DNA of 62,377 nucleotides, filler included, from Basidiobolus ranarum (Eukaryota): NCBI GenBank assembly GCA_040143965.1. It is 4 parts of 4 records of this genome, joined end to end, with 100 filler letters (N's around TTAATTAATTAA, not from the genome) between each part and the next. Parts side by side here need not be neighbours in the genome. Positions count along the whole stretch, not along the records: positions 46,921 to 62,377 come from JASJQH010007253.1; 3 more parts are not named here. One strand, 5' to 3'. Shown piece by piece: positions 53,260 to 62,377 of this stretch (position 1 is its first letter; each line of letters starts with the position of its first letter). The notes under the pieces were generated by a model. It saw only the letters and a program-made list of their open reading frames with translations, ran no database searches and was not told where the DNA came from. The position numbers and the translations under genes were made by a program.

Positions 53260-54299
53260 CTAGGCAGAGGTGTTGGCCTCTTGCTCCGTAGCTAAAAATC
53301 CACGGTTTTTAGGATCAGAGTACCAGGCTATATGAAATTGATTAGTAAATTCAACGAAAACCCTGTCAATAGCTTCTAAATCAAACTTACCAATATCTCT
53401 CTTCTTAGTAGGCAATGCCAACTTGGGTTGAAGGAAGAATCGAGATGGTGAAAGAATACTCTGCAGACCGATAGAATTGTAGTAAACACAGGTGACTTTT
53501 CCTCCCTTGCGTTCAATCTGTTTCATAGCCTTTTGGGAAGCACGTGAGACCTCAATCTCTATCTTATGTTGGAATCCACTTGAGCCCTAAATGATTCCAA
53601 GAAATTCCATGTTAGAATACTACATACGAGCTATGACTAGATCAGGTATTTACATTGCCCAAGAGTTTTACTCCATCCTTGACTCCCTTGACAAGGCCAG
53701 CGACCTTTAATTCACGCATAGTGATTCTCTTGGTAATATCAATACGACCGGTATCGATCCAGCGACCAAGTTGATCAAGGTTAATCTCGGTATAGTCCTT
53801 ACCGTGACTGGATTCATTCAGATATTAATAAAAGATAGAGTTGAAATGTAAAAGATAGCGCATGGCTTACATATTGGTAAAACCGCGTTTGGGGAAACGT
53901 TGCATAATAGGAGTTTGACCACCTTCAAAACCAGGAGTAGGCTTGCCGTTACCAGCGCGAGACTTTTGACCCTTGTGACCACGTCCTGAGGTCTTTCCCT
54001 TACCAGAACCAGGACCGCGACCTAGACGCTTGGCCTATTATTCAAAATGAAGTGTAAGTAACGCTAATTTTGCCTGAATAAGCTCTACTTCGTGTAAGAA
54101 ATCTTACTTGAGATTTGGACCCGGGATTATCTTTCAAAGAACTAAGGCCAATAAGTTCTTTGGGTGGAGTCACACGAGCAGTGACTGACATGTAACGAGC
54201 GCCAAGAATTACACTTGGTCTAACAACACTTGAAATTCCTAACATTGTAGAAGGCTGCATTCTAGTGGCAAACCTAACAGGAGAAATAAACCGGTTCAT
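53260..54299 (-). CDS. MRPL10: Mitochondrial ribosomal protein uL15m, 4 exons
   Basis: [34 protein letters not shown]...GFEGGQTP...[29 protein letters not shown]. Confidence 0.93.
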
Positions 54300-55230
54300 T
54301 CTGCAAACTCTCGACTACAATAAAAATATAGGGTGACTCTGATGCTGTGTTGAATTGAAGAGAACTCTCGGTAATAGACGAAAAATGCTAACAAACTTGC
54401 TCTAAAATAATTGAGCGTTCGAGAGTATCGACAAAAATATCGTTGGATACAATACCTGAAAAAGTAGTATTTTTTCAGATATCCCCCGCTTCGAGCAAAC
54501 ACCCCACTCAGATCTCACCGTTGAAAAATTTTCATCATTCTTAATAAAATTGTTGATTTTAACTTGGATTAATTCTAAATAAGAGCCTCGAAATTAAGAT
54601 CTGTTTAGTGTAGTGAAATGCGCGATTTACTAGGGTTTATGATTCGAATCCGTCAATAGTGTTGTTGCTTGGTGGAGGTGAATTCCCCAGATAACTAGCT
54701 TCTAGAGTACGTATGACTTGCAGTGGTGCTTTTGCCTATACTCCTGTAGAATATTTTGACATGAAACTTGTTATCTAATCATTCTCGAAAAGAAGACATC
54801 CAAGCCTCCTAAATTCAAATTTAACACACACAATTCTAGATGCCCTTCAGCCAATCAGGGCCAATATTTCCTACCTCCATACATCCTCCTCTGTTCTGCT
54901 GTTACAGACATTACGCAGCAAGTATCATCTATCAGACCAATAAAAATAGGAGTCGTTGGCATTCCCTCATATATGGTAAAAAACTAGCCTTATGTTGCTG
55001 ACATTCTGAATGAAAGTTAATCAAGCTGCTTGACTACTTATCTTTAGTCAATCTTTGAGCAATATGGGGTGGTAATTTAGTATCTTGATCTAAAGTGGTT
55101 TAGTTTGATGAGGGGATGATCATTGCCAAGATGACGTGACAACATAAGGAACTATAACAGTCGAGCTATGAGAATATCTGATTTATCTCACTTTACCAAT
55201 CGACCCTTCTAAGCACTATAATCTGTAATA

Positions 55231-57888
55231 ATGGATTCGTTTAGGAACCTTTCTGCTGGTGAGGGTAACTTTAGAGTAGCAAAGTGTCCAAGTGATGCTT
55301 TAGCTTTAACCAATCTACTCGTTGTGAGCCCCAAAGATTTTGATCCCTCCACTCGTTATGTTTCGGTGAACGAACATTTTGTATTTACCCTACAGTTAGT
55401 TTTACCAATTTTGTTATCTCATCTCTCTTCCTACTAAAGATGAAGTATATACTGAATTACCGTTTATAATTGTAGATTTGAAAATAATTTCCCCTCTGGC
55501 CAAATTGGGACTACTTTATTTCATAGACGTTGGGCTTCTCTATCTTTAAACCAAGAAGTCTTTGTACAACCCTACGATCCACTTTCTGAAGGTGTCAATG
55601 TTTATTTAGGTACACTTAATCTTGAAGTAAGTTACTCATATTTTCTTATACATAATATTGGAAATGTGGGTGTTTCATGTTTAACCTCCTCCTTAATATA
55701 TAGGTCAAGTTTCTTCGTCGCGGATTCGAAGTAAACAAAGAATTCGATACCGAAGAAATGGGTCACGTTTTTGCTCAAGTATGTGCTCTTAGTAACTCTA
55801 TTTATGAATTATTTATTAAGTCAATACATTTTGCGGATTTAGTCCTTCGGAAACCAAGTGTTTACCACAGGTCAGCAGCTCGTATTCGACTTCCATGGAT
55901 TAAATCTTCAAGTTCAAGTGTTGGATTTGGAATTGGCAGAACTTGAAAGCTTACGTTCGGAACAGCCACAACGAAACAATGGTAAATTCTATTTCAGGTA
56001 TCTGAAGTTGTTCTAAAGGTGTTTTATATTAATCGATATCTTGTTTCTAGCACCTAAAGTGCAAAATCGAGGCATCTTAATGCAACAAACGTTGGTTCAG
56101 TTTACCAAAGCTCAAGATTGTACAATTCGCTTGAAAGGTAGCTCTAAAAGGTCAGTATTTCAAATGTATCATCTATTTGGATATTTTATTAAATTCGGTT
56201 CGATTTGTTTAGTTCTAGAGCCAATGCTATCATTCAGCCCAATTTTAAGTTTGAGGATATGGGTATCGGTGGTTTGGATTCGGAGTTTAGTGGAATTTTC
56301 CGTCGTGCTTTCGCATCTCGTATTTTCCCCCCTGCAATCGTCGAAAAGTTGGGTATTCAGCACGTCAAAGGTACTTCTACTCAGTAGCATAATGTATGTA
56401 GCGCTAGAGTGATAGTAAAACTTACGGATTTCAGGTATTTTGCTATATGGACCACCTGGTACTGGTAAAACCCTGATGGCACGCCAAATCGGTAAAATGT
56501 TGAACGCAGGTGAGCCCAAAATTGTGAACGGACCTGAAGTCCTGAACAAATATGTTGGCCAATCTGAAGAAAACATCCGTAAGTTATTTATCGAAGCTGA
56601 ACAAGAGTACAAGGCTAAAGGGGACGAGAGTTCCCTTCATATCATTATTTTCGATGAACTCGACGCCATCTGCAAACAGCGTGGTGGTAAAAACGATGGA
56701 ACAGGAGTTGGTGACTCGGTGGTAAATCAGTTGCTTGCAAAGATGGATGGTGTAGAGCAGTTGAATAACATCCTAATTATTGGCATGACCAATCGTCTTG
56801 ATATGATTGATGAAGCTCTATTGCGTCCTGGTCGTTTGGAAGTGCATATGGAGATCGGGCTACCAGATGAAGCAGGAAGATTCCAGATATTGAAGATTCA
56901 CACATCTAAGATGCGACAACACGATATCATGGGAGATGATGTAGATATCGATGAGTTGGCAAAGTTAACCAAAAACTTCAGTGGTGCCGAAATTGCTGGT
57001 TTGATCAAGAGCGCCTCTTCATTCGCTTTCAATAGGCATGTCAAGGTCGGAACTTTAGCCGGTGTAGCTCCTGATGTCGAAGATATGAAGGTGATGAGAG
57101 ACGATTTCTTGAATGGTCTCGAAGAAGTCAGGCCGGCGTTTGGAATTTCCGATACTGAGCTTCAGCAATGTGTTCAAAATCATATTATTCCCTTTGCCCC
57201 ACATGTGGAAAGAATATTATCTGACGGCCAGCTATTTGTTGAACAAGTCAAGCGTAGTGAACGTACCCCTTTAGTCAGTGTCCTACTTCATGGACCACCA
57301 GGAAGCGGTAAAACTGCTTTAGCCGCGACAATTGCAATGGGAAGTGAGTTCCCCTTCATTAAGTTGATCTCACCTGAGTCAATGGTGGGATACTCGGAGA
57401 ACGCCAAGATGACTGCCATCAACAAGATCTTCAGCGATTCTTACAAGTCGCCTTTTAGCATCATTGTGATCGACAACCTAGAACGTCTTTTGGACTGGGT
57501 GCCGATTGGACCAAGATTCTCCAATTCAGTATTCCAGACATTGATGGTCCTTCTCAAGAAAAGACCACCCAAGGATCGTAAACTCTTGATCATTGCCACT
57601 GCTAGTCAACGCTCAATTTTGCAACAGATGGACATGATTGATGCATTCAATGCTGATATATATGTACCCAATATTACGGATCTCTCAGCAGTTGATGTGG
57701 TTCTCAAAGAGTTATCATTATTTAACGAACATGAACATCAGTCCGCATTGAATTCACTACAACAAGAGTTACAAAATCGAAATCTATCCATCGGTATCAA
57801 GAAATTGTTAAATGTTATTGAGATGGCGCGTCAAGATGTTGACAAAGTTGAGAAACTGGTGGCCACCATGGCAGGACTTGGGTTATAA
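55231..57888 (+). CDS. SEC18: Vesicle-fusing ATPase NSF/Sec18
   Basis: N-domain ([10 protein letters not shown]), [22 protein letters not shown]1 [24 protein letters not shown]2 [18 protein letters not shown]. Confidence 0.97.
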
Positions 57889-58689
57889 GCAGCATTAAGC
57901 GGTGAATTTTCTTTGCTAAACAACTACATTGGTTGGTATGTAGTAGACCACGTACACATCCCATTCGATTTTCCAGTGTTTTCTTTTTGTTGGTTCCTTC
58001 CATCTGTTTATCTATTCAATCTTTTCGTGTAGTTGGATTGAGTGCAAAAATATTCAGTGTAATGTTAAAACGATAATCCACCTTCACCTTCACATTATCA
58101 ATTTCTTTTTTTATTCCTAACCCTGGTGTATCTTAGTCTACTTTCATCTTGTTGATTAACTAAGAGCAAGATCCTTACAAGAGCTGATCAAAACAGCTTT
58201 TCACACCATGCTCTTGCGTAGCCGAAACGGTGAAGATATTCTACAATGTCAATTTGTTGGAATAAAAATACCATTTTACATGAATCATCAGAGCTCCTCT
58301 AATATGTATGTGTATACAATGGGAATGCCACCGAGCTTAGTTTCCAATTGCTTTATTCTAATGAATTTAATGCCATCATCTCATACACCATAACACAAGG
58401 TGCGTATCCCTAGCTCTTGAGATAGAAGTGCTCAGCGATTGAACGAGTAATATGCGATCAATGAGGGTGCCACTCACGAAGTAGTTCTATATATTCCGTT
58501 TGTGTCATTCTGTAAGTTGACTACTGACTGACATCATTTATCAATATATTGAGAGAAGCCTGTATCCGTTCAGAGGACGACTCGTGATTGCTTGTCATAC
58601 TTTATTTGAGTCAAGCATAAAAACTAATTGAAGTGCCTCGAGATAAAGAAACATAATTCACTAAAGGACATCTATTCACACATGTCAGT

Positions 58690-59790
58690 TTTGCTTGGAT
58701 TCCTACCAGTATGTATCTCCCACAATCAACAATATACTTCGCAAATCCAAGACTTTCTGCGTGTAAAAGGCTGCTTAAAGATTTCCCCAGAATCCGATTC
58801 GTATCACCGAATTTTCTACAAGCGAATCATTTGAGGCTTGGTTTGATGAACCTCCCATCCAGATCACGTGCCTAGCAAGATTCGCTGAAAAAGAACAAAT
58901 CAAGTTTTCTGACCAGATAAAAGGCAAAATTACATCAACAAACCCGTTGAATTCTAAGCCACTGGTACAAAACAATAGAATTGAAACTATTCCCAACAAT
59001 GCAATTGCGCAAAATGGATCAATTGATTGTAGTGAATCCGTTAATAATGGAGAACTCGCCAAGTATTGGAAACCTTTCTAAGCATGTCTAAAAAAGGCAT
59101 GATACCCGTCCAGTCGTGCCAATACTCCTCGTCAATCTTTAAGCTCTGGTGGGGTGGAAATCAATATAATAGGATCGTAACCAAAGAATATTATGCGATG
59201 CGGTGCAGTGTTTTGCATTCCGCAAAGATCACAAAAATTCCGATGGAAGTTTAGGAGTGTTTAGAATGTCCAATTATAGCTAGCCAAGTCATATTTGTTT
59301 AAACTCACAGACTCTATGCAGAACTGCAGGATATCCTCAATGATTCAGATCGTCATGCACGCCGGATCGCTTCTCCTTCAATGACTACGATCGCAGAAGC
59401 ATTGGATCTCTTTACTGCCGCAGGTATATCTGGCGATATTATGGCAATTCGTGAGCGCCTCTCATTCATGCGTATCAGACCTAGTTGAGTGTCCTCCAAG
59501 GGTTTGAATGAATCATTGGCAATTCACATCAAGTCTTAATAGGAAATAGCCGTTTAACCGATGCCATGCCTGGTGTATCCCGGTTTTGGCCGTCTGAAAT
59601 TCTTGAAAGTGAAAGCAACAACCAGGTATATCTGTAACCCAAACCTAACGCTTGACAGCATAGTTTCTCTTTGGTGGCTGCAGAGGGTGCGGTAAAGACC
59701 CAAGAGTTCGGAGGCTGCGTTTTTGGAATACTCGTTTCGTACGTTCGCATCGATATTGAATGTACAGATCAAGTAATTTAGCATGTTTAA
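58690..59790 (+). pseudogene. Probable decayed protein-coding gene of unidentified family
   Basis: Plus-strand protein-like segments in shifting frames, interrupted by stops: FPQNPIRITEF..SFEAWFDEPP, FKLWWGGNQY, LDLFTAAGISGDIMAIRERL, PGVSRFWP, LVAAEGAVKTQEFGGCVFGILVS..R.D..CTDQV. Confidence 0.45.
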
Positions 59791-60201
59791 AGGTAAACTG
59801 AAACCCCTGAGCTGTCCATCCCAATATTAGTCGAGACTTATTCTCTTTGAAACCGACCGTTCTTTTTCACTTGATTGGAGAATATATAAAGAACTTGCAC
59901 TCCTCTTATTTGTTCAACCTCCAATTCACCAAATCTTACTTAGATCTATTTCTTTCTTCGCCCTATTCTATACATCGTCTGCTGGTTTTAAGTCATTGTA
60001 TTTCTAATTTTACATCTCGTGCTTACTCGTCTGTCTGTTTGATTTATCTTTTATCCGTTGGCACCAATCTCTGTCCATTTATATCGGACAGACAACCAAC
60101 TTGACTGCCATTACATTAATCAATTTCGCGTGTCCTGAGCCTATTTGGTCAACTACTGACTCTTGTCTATCTTCTGCACATACAACGAAAGCGCCTTCCG
60201 A

Positions 60202-61117
60202 ATGAACACAAACTATCCAAGTACTATATCCTCCTCACCCACCGACTCTCAGGAGAGTTTTACTTTGGAAGCAGTTAAAAAGGGCCATTTTTTGGTACGC
60301 GGAAATGGATTGACTAGTTGGCTCTGGTCTAAACGATTAATAACTTTGAAGAACACATGCTTAACCATTCATAAGTTACAGGTAAGCTTTCTGATTGGAA
60401 ACCCCATTCCCCCAGTTGAATACTTACATATGTATGCGGATAGTTGTTAAGTGATATCAAGTACAAGCTAACTCTTTCCTTCTTGCAACTACTATCGAAT
60501 AGAGCGAGCTAAAAGCGTTGGAAACGATCTTTTTCGAAGAAATACGGGACTTGGAGCGGTCTGAGCTTAAACCTCACTGTTTCAAAGTCAATATTGGAGC
60601 AAGAAATATCTATGTAGCTTGTAAAAGCGAAGAAGAGATGTGGTCCTGGATGGACTCCATTTATAAAGTAAACACCTGAAGCCTCTATTATTCTTTATTT
60701 CTTGAATGTTACTGATCCATTCCATTGTAGCGTTCACCCATGAAGGGTGTATCTAATCCAACCAATTTTAGTCATCGAGCTCATCTGAGTTTCGATGCTA
60801 CTACCGGAATGCTAACGGTAAGCTCCGATAGTGGATACTCTGTTTTGGTTTTTACTTGCTAAATCCCCCTTCTTCATGGTTACTATCAGACAATTAACAG
60901 ACAATGGGATCCCCTCATTTCGCCCACTTTATCTAAAGAAGATTATCTGAATAATCCCGAAATTGTAATGGAATTCATTCAGATGTGCACTGGATATGCA
61001 CGTGTCCACGAGAAGCCAAAGTTCCACTCGGTTCTATTGGAATCCCCGACGAATTTTGATTTACCAGAGATACCAAAGATGTCGGTGTTCGAAGATATAG
61101 AATTTAAAAGGACATAA
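60202..61117 (+). CDS. Cla4-like PH + CRIB (PBD) protein with no kinase domain, 219 aa, 4 exons
   Basis: Exons 60202-60381, 60503-60667, 60731-60817 and 60890-61117, all introns phase 0 GT-AG. PH (VKKG..VR..G..SWLWSKR..L...EEMWSWMDSIY), CRIB (GVSNPTNFSHRAHLSFDATTG) and autoinhibitory segment (W..L...LSKEDY..NPE.V.E). Confidence 0.85.
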
Positions 61118-61813
61118 AGAGATGCAGTAACAGATATTCTCATACTCACTCACATGCATGCATGTATCAGTATTGGTATCTGTACTTGTATCAGCATCAG
61201 TCAATGGTTAATTATTAATATGCTTGATATTACGTTAATTGCCACTTGGCCAATCAAACTGACCTATTCCCTCCATTTATTTGGAGATCCTGTTATCCCA
61301 CTGTATTCGTATTCACAATTACGCTAAACTAAGATCACTACTATTAACGGTTTACACACTTTTTAATCTACCATGCTTATCTTGGCATCTTTTTTACCCC
61401 ATATACCCCGATTTGTTGATGTTAAAGAATCATTTTGTTTGCTTTTTCGTCCATTCTTTCACGTACGAATTTATGATATAAAGATATCGTTTCTCAACCT
61501 CTAATCTTGCTGCTTCGTCTATTGCTCCTGCCTCTGTGTTAGCGACCATATTTTTATTATAGGATACTGCCATGTCGAGAAGTGGGTGATTACTACTACT
61601 ATGGTGATGTATGAACATATACAATAAGAGCAACGGTATTTATATTGAACAAATGGAAAGTTTATTAACTGAGAATGAAAAATACGATTGTGAATGTGTG
61701 TGTAATAGATGGCGAGCCCTAGATGATAGAGTGGAGACTCGGATGATAGAAAGTCACTTGGGTGTTAGACGACTATACTTTAATGAATGATTAAAAATAA
61801 AATGCTCTGGCTC

Positions 61814-62377
61814 TTAAAAAGCAAATTCTCCACGGAATCCTTCCAAATTTCTTTCCATACACCGGTCGACTAAATCTGGTCTATTTAGCCACTCAACTGA
61901 TAACCTTAATGTATCCCAGATCTCTTCCGACATCATAGCTTTATTTGGGCTTCCATCGTCGCCACCTTGAAGAGCCAGAGCTTGCAATAGATGCTCAGCT
62001 GCTTCGTGGTATTGTCCTAAATTGATGCAACTAACTGCCAGGTTGTATCTGGCCCGAATGTAAGCTGGATTCAATTCTAGAGCTTTAAAATATGCATCGA
62101 TAGCTTCAGCTGGTTTTTGTGAGTTCGCTGTGGTGGCACCTAACTTGTTCCATAACAGATAATCCTACAATTAAAGATGTTAAAATACCGACCACGAAGG
62201 AGGGGGTTGTAGAGTAAGTAATGGGCCTTCTTACATTTGGTCTGGAAGCTAAAGCGGCACGGAAACAATCAATCGCTTTGTCGTATTCTTCAGTAATATT
62301 TAACATCACTCCTAGACCAACTTGGACATTAGGATCAAGTTCTTTTCCAACATTCGAACGAGCAGCTTCTAGGAACA
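61814..62377 (-). CDS. PEX5: Peroxisomal targeting signal 1 receptor, C-terminal TPR part; runs off the window
   Basis: DPNVQVGLGV...EYDKAIDCF, DYLLWNKLGAT.ANS, AIDAYFKALELNPAYIRARYNLAVSCINLG. Confidence 0.95.

Noticed and set aside
16560-62377. PEX3 + PEX5, or MIR1 + YHM2 + COX6 + uL15m, as functional gene clusters
   Set aside because: They are separated by many unrelated genes, which is consistent with chance.
1-62377. CRISPR arrays, tRNA/rRNA genes and intact transposons
   Set aside because: I saw no repeat-spacer arrays, cloverleaf or rRNA signatures, or RT/integrase/transposase motifs.

Overview
This is an AT-rich, intron-dense eukaryotic scaffold segment. Gene content (fungal-type Ras, Cla4-type PH-CRIB, SPX-RING, Yhm2, Rmt2, EML), short introns and a U12 intron point to an early-diverging fungus; a Basidiobolus/Zoopagomycota-like source is my inference only. 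There are three N-gaps with TTAATTAATTAA linkers. About 20 housekeeping genes or gene fragments are recognisable: TRP4, MIR1, NDC80, PEX3, COX6, SEC53, RAS, RNA15, an RluA pseudouridine synthase, YHM2, SPX-RING, RTF1, CTR2, RMT2, TMEM41, uL15m, SEC18 and PEX5. The window also holds a CAR-like GPCR, a membrane-anchored BAG-like protein, a tandem pair of LRR genes (one decayed) and a decayed Pbs2-like MAPKK. The most notable observations are: (1) a long, structured AT-AC intron with U2-type signals in the RNA15/CstF-64 RRM; (2) a textbook U12 AT-AC intron in RTF1; (3) a C2 plus EML (HELP/WD40) fusion gene; (4) an intact kinase-less Cla4-like PH-CRIB gene; (5) a +1 indel just after the likely TRP4 start, with substitutions at conserved motif positions in several genes that suggest a decaying duplicated block. 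Exon boundaries were derived by hand.
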